Origin: Leucoraja ocellata | Lineage: Eukaryota | DNA: 64,000 nucleotides | Direction: 5' to 3' | Assembly: GCA_036785375.1 (NCBI GenBank) | Contig: JAWMAR010000011.1 | Location: 13,516,001 to 13,580,000 of the forward strand | Shown here: positions 25,934-38,309 of the stretch, piece by piece | Numbering within the stretch: position 1 is the first letter of the stretch | Layout of the letters: each line of letters starts with the position of its first letter | Translations under genes and position numbers: made by a program | The notes under the pieces: generated by a model | Told to the model about the DNA's origin: nothing | Databases searched by the model: none | The model's input: the letters and a program-made list of their open reading frames with translations, nothing else

Positions 25934-28339
25934 TCCTCTAGTCTTTGAGATTTCCACATTTGAAAAAAGGTTCTGACTGTCTGCCCTATCTCTGCCTCTC
26001 ACAATTTCATATACTTCCATCAGGTCTCCACTCAGCCTCCAGAGAAAACAGTTCAAGTTCCTCAAACAACTTCTAATACCCTCTAATCTAGGCAAACTCT
26101 TCTGCACCCTCTCCAAAGCCTTCACATCCTGAGTAGAACGACTAGAACTGCTCAGAGTACTCCAAATATGGTCTAACCCAAGTCTAATAAAGCTGCATCA
26201 TGACCCCCTGACTAATATACTCAATGCCCCGATTGATGAAGACAAGCATACCTTACGTCTTCATTACCACTATCTACTTGTGTTGCCACTTTCATGGAGC
26301 TATGGATTTGGACACCATTTCTGGCTTCAAAGAAACTGGAATCAAACATATACTCCTACTGCTCTTAAATGGCATGTAATTCCAACAGCTTTGCTGTGCC
26401 AGAGAAGAAGAATATTGCTCAATGAATACATGTTATCCGTTAGCAGAAAGTTCTGCCTTCAACATAATCCTGACTACATAACAACACCAACTTAACAACA
26501 CCAAACATGAGCACTTAGCACAGAGGTTGGAGATACCAGAGGATCATTGCTCTATTGCTAACATTATGGTATTCAAGTGTAGCATTGGGTGGATGGAAAA
26601 TCCCAACTGGATTACATTGCCTTTCGTCCTATTTAGATCCAATTTTAAAGGTCATGTTCTAATTTGTTATCCTTCACCTCTCGTCCTGATTATTCAATAG
26701 TTTTCTTTCAAGATATGGCTCCAAGTACATCATTTCAACATTAAAATTCCCTCTGGTTTTGTGCCCCTCAAGTTGGTGCATACTCAATTTTTTAAGTTTA
26801 CAAAAAGTCCTGTTGTTTTGCCCATGATTTAATTACTGTTGTAACTAATAGTCATACGGCATGGAAACAGTCCCTTTGGCCGACTTTCCCACACAGACCA
26901 ACATGTCCTATCTACACCAGCGTGTGTTTGGCCCATATCCCTCTAAACCTCTAAATCAAGATCCTGCTACAATTTTTGACAACCATCTTCACTATCTACA
27001 ATAACACCCACTTTAGTGTCATCGGCAAACGTGCAAATCATGCCATGTACTTTCTCATTCAAATCATTGATATAGATGACAAATACCAATGGGCTCCAAA
27101 ACCAAACCCTGAGGCACACCACTAGTCACAGGCCTTCAGTCCGAAAAGCAATCTTCCACCATCACAATCTGCTTCCTTCCATGAAGTCCATTTTCTATCT
27201 ACTCAACTATCTTCCCTTGAATCCCATGGGATCTAAACTTCCAGAGCTACCTACCATGTGGAACCATATTGCTCAAATCCATATATATAATGCCTACAGC
27301 TCTGCCTTCACCCACCTCTTTGGTCACATCAATGAAAACTCAATCAGATTCTGATCAATATGATCAGAGCTTTTTTTACATAAACCATATAAATCTCCAT
27401 GCACAAAATTGGCAAGTCTCCAACTTTCATACAAACTCTTTTAGTTGTTCTTGTTCAGTTCTGTCAGCATTAGACGGTTTAAAAGAACGGTAGGAAACAG
27501 TCAGTTCTCTGGTTTCTAATTGCAATCTTTTGAGCATTTGTAAATATCCTTACTAAGTTGGCATGAGCTTTCTGTTACTTTTAATTTAGTTCTATCGAAT
27601 AAATATAATACAATGAAAAAATTAAAGATCCTCAGTGCAAAAACAAAAATTGAACTCAATTTGGCTGATGTGGATGAAGGTGGTGAATGGAGTTAAAAGT
27701 TTATTTTTAAAACCAAAAAAATCAAACATAGATATAGTTTCAACATTTTCTTGGGCTTTGGAACATGAGAGACTGCAGAAGCTGGAGTCTAGCAAAACAA
27801 AAGGAGAGATTCTGGAGGAACTCAGTGGGATGGGCGGCATCTGTTGACATTTTGGGTCGGGACTCTTCATCTTGACTGAAGGAATAGAAGGGAGATAGCT
27901 AGTGGAAGAATAGGGAGGAGGATGGACTCAAAGCCTCAGGTGCCTGAGGTCCAGGCTGAGTATTAGCATGGTTGACCTGGAGCCTAAGTCCCTAGGGTGC
28001 TCACCAACCCTTGCAAGGGGGCTCCCTCATGTCATCACCCGGCTGGCTGAACATGGTTCCAAACATTTCATTGCTGGTCGCCAATTCCAGTCTACTACAG
28101 AGGATCCTAAGACTTGGCAAGACATGGGCCCTGGGCACTTGAACCCGACACCCAGTGTGCCATGAGAACCCAAGCGTAGGCTGGATGAACACAACCCTAG
28201 GCCGGATGGAGCCTACTGACCATTGCGTACAACAGCTTAATATTATTCATGAAGTTTAGAAATGGGAAGGGTTAAGGAGAGAGAAGGGATTTTTCAGACG
28301 CTCCATATGCTGACTACCAAATTTCTGTGATTGTTTCAG

Positions 28340-28534
28340 GAAGACTCTGGTGGATTTTAACTCGGAATATCATGAAGATGTTGCCCTGACAGAAGAAGTG
28401 TCCAAGCAGACGGACAAAATCAAAGAGAAGATGAGCTGTTTATTGAACCAGTGGGAGGTCAGTCAAGAGCAAGAGTCCAGTTTGCATAAAATGCTTGGAG
28501 ACTTCAGAAATGAAACAAACGACATTTCTATCAG
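28340..28534 (+). CDS. Uncharacterised protein, exon C (KTLVDFNSEY...NDISI)
   Basis: Acceptor TTGTTTCAG|, 195 bp open, donor AG|GTAACT; phase 2 to 2. Confidence 0.85.
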
Positions 28535-28858
28535 GTAACTCAATGAGAAGAATGAACTTGTGATCATTTGATTTGATGGGATGGGAAGGTGATGTGGGAG
28601 AAGGAGATCATGTTATGATCCTGGTGTCTCCCTGCTGCCATTCTTGCCTGACAAAGGCAGGAAGGCCCAGAATACTGGGGCCCCATTGGGATGGGGACAC
28701 TGTTTTAACCAAGGTCCCAGCTAAGGAGCACGTGGCCTCCAACCCATCGTGGCCATTTTTACAATTGAAGTTTAAGTCAGCAACATGTAAAATGTTGAGG
28801 CCTGAAGCCCTCACGCTGCTTACTCCCACTCTCCTGGGTTTGACTCCACTGGGTCCTA

Positions 28859-31282
28859 GTGCCAGTCGACCCAGCCTGGTCTACCTCAGTGGCAGTTCGA
28901 CTGAGTCTCCTCCCCCCACCACCTCTAACTGTAAGTCTCCTCCCCCCACCCCCTCTAACTGTGTGGCCCCTGCTCTTCCCCACCCACACCACAGCCCTCT
29001 CACCCCCCCACCCCCTGACCACCCACCACCCCCCCACCACACATCGCCTCGTCCCCACCTGCCTTCCTCCGGCCCCAACCCCCATCCCTGTCGAGTGTTC
29101 ACCATCCCCCCCCGACCTCCCCCTCTCCAACACCGAACGGTCCGTCCTCAACAGAGGTCTTACCTTTGTCCCCCTCCGTCCCCACCTCAATGAATTCCGC
29201 GCCCACCACGACTTGGAGCGCTTCTACCGTCGCCTCCGCCTCACAGCTTTCTTCCATGGGAAGGAGTCCTCGCCCCCCACTGATGACCCCTTTTCCCGAC
29301 TCCAACGCACCCCCTCCTCGTGGAACCCCCCTCATGGCCAATTTCCGGCTTTAGAACTTTTTATCAATAACTGCCGTCGCGACATCAACCGCCTCAACTT
29401 CTCCACTCCCCTGTCTCACTCCAATCTCTCACCACATGAACGTTCTGCCATCGACTCACTCCGCAACAACCCAGATTTGGTTATCAAACCCGCTGACAAG
29501 GGAGGTGCCGTGGTAGTCTGGCGCGCCGATCTCTACAAAGCTGAGGCCACGCGCCAACTATCGGACACCTCCTCCTACTTACCCCTGGACCATGACCCCA
29601 CTGACGAGCACCAGGCCACCATCTCCAGCACCATCACCAACTTCATCCACTCCAATGCCCTACCCGACCGAGCCTCCAACCTCATCGTTCCCCAGCCCCG
29701 CACAGCCCGATTTTACCTTCTCCCTAAAATCCACAAACCTGATTGTCCCGGAAGACCCATTGTCTCCGCCTGTTCGTGCCCCACCGAACTCATTTCCAAA
29801 TACCTTGACTCCATCCTATCACCCTTGGTTAAATCCCTCCCTACCTATGTTCAAGACACCTCAGACACTCTCCGTCGTCTCCGCGCATTCAATTCTCTAG
29901 GCCCTCACCCCCTCATCTTCACCATGGACGTCCAATCACTATACACCTCCATCCCCCACCACGATGGTCTCACAGCCCTCCGGTTCTTCCTCGACCAGAG
30001 AAGCAACCCATACCCAGCCACTGACACTCTCCTCCGCCTAGCGGAGCTGGTCCTTACCCTCAATAACTTCACGTTCGACTCCTCCCACTTCCTCCAAATA
30101 CAAGGCGTAGCTATGGGCACACGCATGGGCCCCAGCTATGCCTGCCTATTTGTAGGTTACGTCGAGCAATCCTTGTTCAATACATACCAGGGCCCCATCC
30201 CCGACCTCTACCTCCGCTACATCGACGACTGCTTTGGTGCCACCTCCTGCACCCGCACACAACTGACTGACTTCATCCACTTCACCACTAACTTCCATCC
30301 GGCACTCAAATACACCTGGACCATTTCCGACACTTCCCTACCATTCCTTGACCTCACTATCTCCATTGCAGGTGATAGACTTCTAACTGACATACACTAT
30401 AAACCGACTGACTCCCATGGCTATCTGGACTACACTTCTTCCCACCCTGCTTCCTGTAAGGACTCCATCCCCTACTCCCAATTCCTCCGACTACGCCGCA
30501 TCTGCTCCATGGATGAGGCGTTCCACACCAGGACATCTGAAATGTCCTCACTATTCAGGGAACGGGGGTTCCCCTCCTCCACCATAAATGAGGCTCGCTC
30601 CAGGGTCCCTTCCATACCCCGCAACACTGCTCTCTCTCCCCATCCCCGCACTCGCAACAAGGGCCGAGTCCCCCTAGTCCTCACCTTTCACCCCACCAGC
30701 CGTCACATACAAAAAGTAATCCTCCGTCAGTTTCGCCACCTCCAACGTGACCCCACTACTCGCCACATCTTCCCATCTCCCCCCATATCTGCCTTCCGCA
30801 AAGACCGCTCCCTCCATAACTCCCTTGTCAATTCTTCCCTTCCCTCTCGGTCCACCCCCTCCCCGGGCACTTTCCCTTGCAACCGCAAGAGATGCAACAC
30901 TTGTCCCTTTACCTCCCCCCTCGACTCCGTTCAAGGACCCAAGCAATCGTTCCAGGTGCGACAGAGGTTTACCTGCATCTCTTCCAACCTCATCTATTGC
31001 GTCCGCTGCTCTAGATGTCAGCAGATCTATATCGGTGAGACCAAGCGGAGGTTGGGCGATCGCTTCGCCGAACACCTCCGCTCGGTCCGCAATAACCAAG
31101 CTGACCTCCCGGTGGCTCAGCACTTCAACTCCCCCTCCCACTCCGCCTCCGACCTCTCTGTCCTGGGTCTCCTCCATGGCCACAGCGAGCAGCACCGGAA
31201 ATTGGAGGAACAGCACCTCATATTCCGTTTGGGGAGTCTGCACCCCGGGGGCATGAACATCGAATTCTCCCAATTTTGTTAG
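28859..31282 (+). CDS. PLE polyprotein: reverse transcriptase + Cys linker + GIY-YIG endonuclease
   Basis: KPADKG, FYLLPKIHK, GRPIVS, TMDVQSLYTSI, QGVAMGT, YLRYIDD, PFLD; CNRKRCNTC linker; NLIYC...IYIGETKRRL...E..LI...GMN. The called start is GTG and the N-terminus is uncertain. Confidence 0.9.
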   Translation: MPVDPAWSTSVAVRLSLLPPPPLTVSLLPPPPLTVWPLLFPTHTTALSPPHPLTTHHPPTTHRLVPTCLPPAPTPIPVECSPSPPDLPLSNTERSVLNRGLTFVPLRPHLNEFRAHHDLERFYRRLRLTAFFHGKESSPPTDDPFSRLQRTPSSWNPPHGQFPALELFINNCRRDINRLNFSTPLSHSNLSPHERSAIDSLRNNPDLVIKPADKGGAVVVWRADLYKAEATRQLSDTSSYLPLDHDPTDEHQATISSTITNFIHSNALPDRASNLIVPQPRTARFYLLPKIHKPDCPGRPIVSACSCPTELISKYLDSILSPLVKSLPTYVQDTSDTLRRLRAFNSLGPHPLIFTMDVQSLYTSIPHHDGLTALRFFLDQRSNPYPATDTLLRLAELVLTLNNFTFDSSHFLQIQGVAMGTRMGPSYACLFVGYVEQSLFNTYQGPIPDLYLRYIDDCFGATSCTRTQLTDFIHFTTNFHPALKYTWTISDTSLPFLDLTISIAGDRLLTDIHYKPTDSHGYLDYTSSHPASCKDSIPYSQFLRLRRICSMDEAFHTRTSEMSSLFRERGFPSSTINEARSRVPSIPRNTALSPHPRTRNKGRVPLVLTFHPTSRHIQKVILRQFRHLQRDPTTRHIFPSPPISAFRKDRSLHNSLVNSSLPSRSTPSPGTFPCNRKRCNTCPFTSPLDSVQGPKQSFQVRQRFTCISSNLIYCVRCSRCQQIYIGETKRRLGDRFAEHLRSVRNNQADLPVAQHFNSPSHSASDLSVLGLLHGHSEQHRKLEEQHLIFRLGSLHPGGMNIEFSQFC

Positions 31283-31398
31283 TCCTTGCTGTCTCCTCCC
31301 CTTCCTCAGCCCCCCTGCTGTCTCCTCCCATCCCCCAGCCTTCTGGCTACTCCTCCTTTTCCCTTTCTTGTCCCCACCCACCCCCGCCCCCGATCAGT

Positions 31399-31426
31399 CT
31401 GAAGAAGGGTTTCGGCCCGAAACGTT
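31399..31426 (+). ncRNA. Putative minimal hammerhead ribozyme in PLE pseudo-LTR
   Basis: CUGAAGA-A-GGGU(UUCG)GCCC-GAAA-CGUU: both conserved core boxes, 4-bp stem II, palindromic ACGU stem III. Confidence 0.6.
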
Positions 31427-32079
31427 GCCTATTTCCTTCGCTCCATAGATGCTGCTGCACCCGCTGAGTTTCTCCAGCTTTTTTGTGTAACCTTCGATTC
31501 TCCAGCATCTGCAGTTCCCTCTTAAACATGTAAAATGAAGTGGGTTATGAAATGTGTTCCCACCCTAAGTCTCCCCAAGTCCCTGACTTGCAATTCCCTT
31601 AATTGCAAGGATGTAACACTGAGACAGAACTGTGTGATATATTTAGTGAATGGTGCAACAAGGTGTAATTAGCTATCTTAAGAGTGAGTTGATTGTTATA
31701 ATTTGAAAGTGAGTCATCTAAATGATGGTCCTTGCACTGATCAATCTTCCATTTTTGTTTTATTCTGTCTGGAGTCAGTAGGCCTGCAGTTATTGAACAT
31801 TTTTTTGAACAGTCATTGGAATGAATCTCCATATGGGGGTTAACAAGAAATTGATACAATTTTTATAACTGAGCCAAGTGAAGTATTTTCTGCCAATAGG
31901 TGACAAATCCAAAAGCCGAAATCCGCCTGAATTACCTGGCCTGACTGGCTGGAGTATCTCAGATGATATATTAAACAGTGCAGCTCTGAATGCAGTGTAC
32001 TGATCTTGAAATGAATGGGATGAAAATGAACCAGTTTAACTGTAAGAACTAGTGCTCATTGTTGTGATAATCACCTAAA

Positions 32080-32630
32080 ATGTAGAAAGCATTTTATCAG
32101 GATGCATCACAGCATGGTTTGGGAACAGTGGGAACAGCTCCATCCAAGACAGCAAGAAATTGCAGAGAATTGTGGACGTAGCCCAGACCATCACACAAAC
32201 CAACCTCCCTTCCTTTGACTCCACTTACACCTCACGCTGCCTCGGCTGGGCCACCAGCATAATCAAGGACGAATCACATCCCGGCCACTCCCTCTTCTCC
32301 CCTCTCCCATCGGGCGAAAAGATATAAAGGTGTGAAAACGCACATCTCCAGATTCGGGGACAGTTTCTTCCCAGTTGTTATCAGGCAACTGAACCATCCT
32401 ACCAACAATTAGATAGCAGTCCTGAAGTACTATTCACCTTATTGGAGACCCTCGGGCTATCTTTGATCGGACTGTATTAGACTTTATCTTGACTTAAACA
32501 TTATTCACGTTATTCCCTTTATCAGGTATCTATACGCAGTGGATGGCTCGATTGTAATCATGTATTGTCTTTCTGCCAACTGATTAGTATGCAACAACAG
32601 CTTTTCACTCTACACATGACAATAAACTAC
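32080..32630 (+). mobile_element. Rex1/Babar-like LINE 3' fragment
   Basis: ESILSGCITAWFGN, HPGHSLFSPLPSG and SFFPVVIRQLN motifs; tail with AATAAA. Confidence 0.8.
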
Positions 32631-34824
32631 TCAGAACGGTACCGTGGCAACTGATTACTAAAAAGCTGAAGTTGGGAAACCATTTCAGTGAAGCCATTGA
32701 AATGCAGTTCTACGCCCACTTTGATCAAGCACAATCCAGAGGTCTTTGAGCAATAAATGTGGCATTTGCAGCCTAAAACCCGAAGAAATTATCAATAATT
32801 ATACAAATGCAGTAATGAATTAGTGCTGACACTACGTTTGGGTGATCCTAGACAGTGCCTGAGGGAATCGATGCTTCCGTGAGCAAGCAAATAAGTATTT
32901 CCATGCAAAACTCTTCAATGAACACAATCTCACTTTTGACCGTTGCTATGGAAATGTCATCTATAAATGCACCAGTATTTCCATCAATACAGGATATAAA
33001 CACACATGTTGTACATCTTCCTGCAAGTAATTGCAACATTTTCTTTATCAGGCCTGATTCAATAGATAGCACGGGTGGTTTTAGCAGAAATATTTGCCAA
33101 TATTGTCAGCCATTCATCTCACTGCTTTAGCACCACATGTTGTACTAATCGCATGAAGATGGGACTCACAGCGTCTGCTACAAAACAAGAAAATTATTCA
33201 TATTTCAGACAACAGCAGTGCATAGATGTCCCAGCAACAAGACAAGGCATCTAATAAGCAATCAGAGAGAGGTACGTGATGCCTCTTGAAGTAAATGACT
33301 ACAAAGTATGTACTTAAAATAGCAAAAATGGTAGGGCAGCAAAGGGAAGAATAAAAGCGGCAATTTCAAGACAGCTCTGATGACCAAAACCTTGAAATGA
33401 GCACAGATGTGGCTGCAAACTGCATATTGCTATTATGTGAAAATGGAAATATGCAACATAGAGACAGCAAAATCTCATTAATGAGCAGCAACATAATGTG
33501 ACACACTTCTTCAGATAAAGCACTGGAAATATTGGAGCAAGTCTTCACTGATTGTGCCACCAAGATTGTAGATGATTACATACCTATCTCGCCAGGCAGA
33601 GATTGGTAGAAGGCACTCAAGCTTGACATTAAAAATATGTTCAGCTTCAGTGCTCAGTGTTGAGGAGGCTCTTGTTGAAGAATACAGATTTGTTCAAAGA
33701 TTCCTACAGTGGCTTTGAGGGGAAGATTTGCATTCAGGACTGTTGTTAGAAATAAAAAGAAAAAGAGACGAAACAGTTACAATGAACCAGCTATACCAGA
33801 TTTACAAGTCCAATCACTTCATCAATCTCCAAATTCCCTGGAACCTCTTCATTAGTGATTGCATAGTTTGTGTAGTTCTCAAATCATCGTTAGTTATGGA
33901 CGGATGGTCATCTGGCGCACAATTCGCATGTGTGATCACATTTGCACTGTTGGTCACTGATTGCACATTCATTTGTTATGTTCTCTTCCACTGTATTTTC
34001 TATCCCATGACCTTGTTCACCACTAACGTTAGACTTTAGAGAAACAGAGCGGAAACAGGCCCTCCGGCCCACCGAGTTTGCATCAACCAGTGATTACCCC
34101 GTACACTAGCACTATCCTACACACTCGGGACATAAAAGTGACAGAAAGCCCGAGCACCCGGAGAAAACCCATGGGGAAAACACAGGGACAACATACAATC
34201 TCGGAACAGAGAGCACCCGTAGTCGGGATCGAACCAGGATCTCTGGCGCAGTAAGACAGCAGCTCTACTGCCGCGCTACTGTGCAGGTTAATTGGCCACT
34301 GTAATATTGTCCCGAGTGTGTTGGGACTGGATGCAAAAGTAGGATAACATAGAACTAGTGTGCAAGGGTGATGTATGGTCAGCGTGGACTCATTGGGTTG
34401 AAGGGCCTGTTTTCATGCTGTATCTCTAAACTAAGCTAAACAAAACTAAACTAAATCATCCTCAACGTACTAACATAACCAAACCTTTCTACCTCTGTTG
34501 CAGCTTCAACAAGCTTCAGGATCGGGGTTCCATTCTTAGGAGAGAGTATTTCTACCATCCAGCTTGAATGACCTACCTCTAACTTTACGATAATGTTTCC
34601 CCTACCTGGACTCCTCTGTGGGCTTTCTATTTGCTGCTTCCAGCTGAAATTAAAATGTTGTCCCTCCCTGCAAATGAGATTAGAACTTTACTAAATCTTT
34701 GCAACCTCTGTGCTAAAAGGGCACATCAGAAACACACAGTATACTCTTTAGTACACTCAAACCGGTCTGCCGTGTAAGCCAGAACCAGAAGCTAACCAAG
34801 TGCTTTCAACCAATTTTCTTTCAG

Positions 34825-34983
34825 CATGAATGAATCTTCTGATGCTATATCCAAAATTGCATCGGACACCAATGATCTCACGGGAATTCAATCACTTTTA
34901 GAAGCTATTTTGGTTGAACTACACAGAGCCAATGACCTGAGTCAGAAAAGTAGTTACTTACTGACCAAGCCACAGAGTGGAAA
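34825..34983 (+). CDS. Uncharacterised protein, exon D (MNESSDAISK...KPQSG)
   Basis: Acceptor TTTTCTTTCAG|, 159 bp open, donor AA|GTGAGT just before an in-frame TGA; phase 2 to 2. Confidence 0.82.
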
Positions 34984-35384
34984 GTGAGTATGAACGTAAG
35001 GGAACAAAGCAGAGCAATTGAAATGTACTATGCCTTGATTTACTGCAAAATATTAATAATGTTACCCATCTTATATCTAGAGGAATTTTGATTGGTATCA
35101 ATACACAATGTGTTTGATTCATGGCAATCTCTAAATGGAGAAACATCAGCGTATAGGTACAAAGTTAATTGAAAGTGGTGACACAGGAAACAGAATGGTG
35201 AAGATATTATTCAAACTTGCCTTCATCATTCAGGGTATTGAGAACAGGAGTTGGGAAGCCATGTTGCAACTGTACACATCAACAGTGAACACCACATTTG
35301 CGGTACTGTTTTTATTGCCTAGTTATAGGAAGGATGTCATTAAGATGGAAATGGTACAGAAAAAAGCCTGTGAATGTTTCTGGG

Positions 35385-36530
35385 ACAGGAGGAACCCTAC
35401 AGTGCCGGATGACTACCCTTCTTCACACCCTGCCTGTTGCAAAAACTCTATCCCAAATCCCAATTCCATCTCCAGTGCAACTGCTCTCAAGATGAGGTGC
35501 TCCATACCAGGACATCTGAGATGCCCTAATTCTTCAGGGAATGAGGGGTTCCCTCTTCTATCATGGATGATGAGGGCCTCATATGTGTTGCTGTATCCTA
35601 TAGTTCTGCTGCTGCCCTCCCTCCCCCAGTTGCAACAGGGACAGAGTCCCCCTAGTCCTCACCTTTCACCCCATCAGCCGTCGCATATAACACCACCTCC
35701 AACATTTTCAATGGGATCCCACCACTAGTCTCATTTTCCCATCTCCACCCCTTTCCACAGAGATCGTTCCCTCCGCAACTCCCTGGTTCACTCATCCCTT
35801 CCCTCCCAAAGAAACCCCTCCCCAAGAACTTTCTCCTGCAACCACAGGAGATGCAACACCTGTCCCTATCCCTCCTCCCTCGACTCCATCCAGCATCCTC
35901 CAACATTCTTTTCAGGTGAGAGAGAGGTTCACTTGCACCGCCTCCAACCGCATCTCCTGTATCCATTATTCTCGGTATGGGCTCCTATTTATCGGCGAGA
36001 CCAAGCGCAGACTGGGCGATCATTTCGCTGAACACTTATGCTCAGTCTGCCTTGGCCTGCACGATCTCCCGGTTGCCAAACATTTGGACTCCCTTTCCCA
36101 TTCCCATGCTGACCTTTCTGTCCTGGGCCACCTCCACTGTCAGAGTTAGACCACATGCAAATTGGTGGAACAGCACCTCATATTTCATTTGGGCAGCTTA
36201 CAATGCAGCGGTATGAATGATGATTTTTTTCTAATTTAATTCCCTGCATTTCTCATTCCCCCACCTGAGTTCCACTGTTTGCATCCCTGTGTCCTTTTGT
36301 TATCATCTTTTCCCCAGCTAACAATGAGCCATTATTGGCTTCACCCTTCCCTGGTCATCTGTTGCCAGCCCTCATTTGTTTTGGCCTTTTCCTACCTCCC
36401 ATTCCACCCCCCCCCCAAAGTTATTTTCAGTCTAAAGAAGGGTTCTGACCTGAAACATCACCTATTCCTTTTCTTCAGAGATGCTGCCCGACCCGCTGAG
36501 TTGCTCCAGTACTTTGTGCCTATCTTTCTT
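35385..36530 (+). mobile_element. Degenerate PLE 3' half (GIY-YIG + pLTR)
   Basis: ORF 35916..36149 has FIGETKRRLGDHFAEHL; co-linear with 30420-31480. Confidence 0.85.
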
Positions 36531-37211
36531 ACAGACCGTTTACAGAGATGTTTCATAAATCGCCACAAAGATGTATTCTGTTGGGAAAGAATGGCTCTAA
36601 CAGAAGTATGTACAGTCCAGGCTAACTAAAGAATTTTAGGGAAGACATCATACTGAAATAAAAAGCACACAAAGTTGCAGGATTGGGAAACTTTTAGAAA
36701 CATCAAATTGAGAGGAAAATAATATGAAATAGGCGAGGAACGAGTTTCAGAGTAAACTAAATAATGTAACAATATTGTATATAATAGGAGCTTCTTCAGG
36801 TGTATAAAATAAGAGAATAGCTCAAGTTGGTTCCTTGGGGGATGAGATGAGAATTAATAACGGAAGATAGTGAAATGAAAGCAGTTCTAAATAATTAGTA
36901 TGTATTGGTCATTACAGTACAAAACACCAAAGCATTGCAATAATAATTAATGAATGGGATACAAGAAAGGAGAATCTTAAAGCAATCTCTATCACTAAGG
37001 AAAATGTACTAATAAAACTATCGGGGTTAAAGATTTATTTGACGTCCACTGAACTTGTTGGCTTACATTTTAACAGGAGTGGCTGCAGTCAAAATGGATG
37101 CATTCATTGTTATCAACCAAAATTCCCTGGTTCATTGGAAAAGTTCCACAGAATTGGAAAGGTAGTACCACACTTAAAGAAAGGAGTGGGACAGAAAGCA
37201 GGAAACTAATA

Positions 37212-37925
37212 GCCCTGTCCTATTCCAAGAGCTCTCCCGAGTTTAAAAAAAAAATCAAACTCGTGGTAAGCACGGAAAATGAACGTAGCGGGTATGTCGG
37301 AGCTCGGGGACGTCTCTTAGTACTAACGGCAGGAAGACTCGCTAACGGCAGGTAAGCATGGGGAGACTCGTGAAGATTTTTCAACATGATGAAAAATGTC
37401 CACGAGAGCCCCAAGTTCCGACGAGTGGCCATTACCGTAAATCTCAGGGCAAACTCAGGAGAACTCTTGGAATGAACTCGTACTGTGGGACAGGGGTTTA
37501 AGGGCCAGTTAGTCTTATCTCTGACATGGCTTAAGGTCAAAAGGTCACTATATCCTTCCTCAGATATAGTGGCCAAAATTGTTCACAATATTCGAAATAC
37601 GCCCTGTCCCACTGTACGAGGTAATTCAAGAGTTTTTCCGAGTTCTCCCTTGATTCGAGCTTGTGTAATGTACGTAGCGGGTACGTAGGGGCTCGTACGA
37701 GTAAAAAGTAAAAAACAATTTCATCACGGGTATTTTTTTACTCGTGGACATTTTGCACAGTGTTGAAAAAACGTCACGAGTTTACTGGATTTCCTGAGTA
37801 CCGACCATTACGAGCCGCTATGTGACATCCACGAGCTCCTACATACCCACTGCGTACATTACACAAGCTCGAATCAGGGGAGAACGGGAGAACTCTTGAA
37901 TTACCTCATACAGTGGGACAGGCCC
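37212..37925. mobile_element. Two MITE copies (37212-37496, 37601-37925), same family as 6076-6378
   Basis: TIRs CCTGTCCCACTGTACGAG...CAGTGGGACAGG and shared internal sequence. Confidence 0.8.
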
Positions 37926-38173
37926 TTTACCAGTGCCTTATAGAGCCTCAGCATTACATCTCTCTTGGATGGGCATGGACAAGTTGGTCCGAAGGGCCTG
38001 TTTCCCTTGGGTGACTCTGAGACCCTTCCATTGTTAATTGTTTTTACATCATTATTGCCTTTCTATCATTTTTATTCTGTAATTCTATCATGTTTTTCTG
38101 AGCTTTTGGACCGAGGGCACATCTTCCAGCGAGCCCTTGTTTACATTGGTTCCATTCTCTCCTGTCTTGCTAG

Positions 38174-38309
38174 TGTCCTTGAATGCTGCTTCAGTGCAGA
38201 GGCGGTGCAGCAGGTTCTGAAAAAGTCAACATCCTCGATAGCAGAGGAAATTCACCGCATGGAGGACAGTACCTATAAGGAAGTGAAGAGCTGGAGGCAA
38301 AAAGTTGAG
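38174..38309 (+). CDS. Uncharacterised protein, exon E (VLECCFSAE...RQKVE)
   Basis: Long pyrimidine tract TTCCATTCTCTCCTGTCTTGCTAG|, 136 bp, donor GAG|GTAGGA; phase 2 to 0. Confidence 0.82.

Larger units (their letters stand above)
28795..31524 (+). mobile_element. Near-intact Penelope-like retroelement (Neptune-type) with 13-bp TSD
   Basis: AACATGTAAAATG at 28782-28794 and 31525-31537; long RT + GIY-YIG ORF; 3' pseudo-LTR. Confidence 0.93.

Noticed and set aside
32700-33700. Possible very old hAT transposase remnants (also ~22200-22900)
   Set aside because: Only faint motif echoes by eye; not supportable without a profile search.
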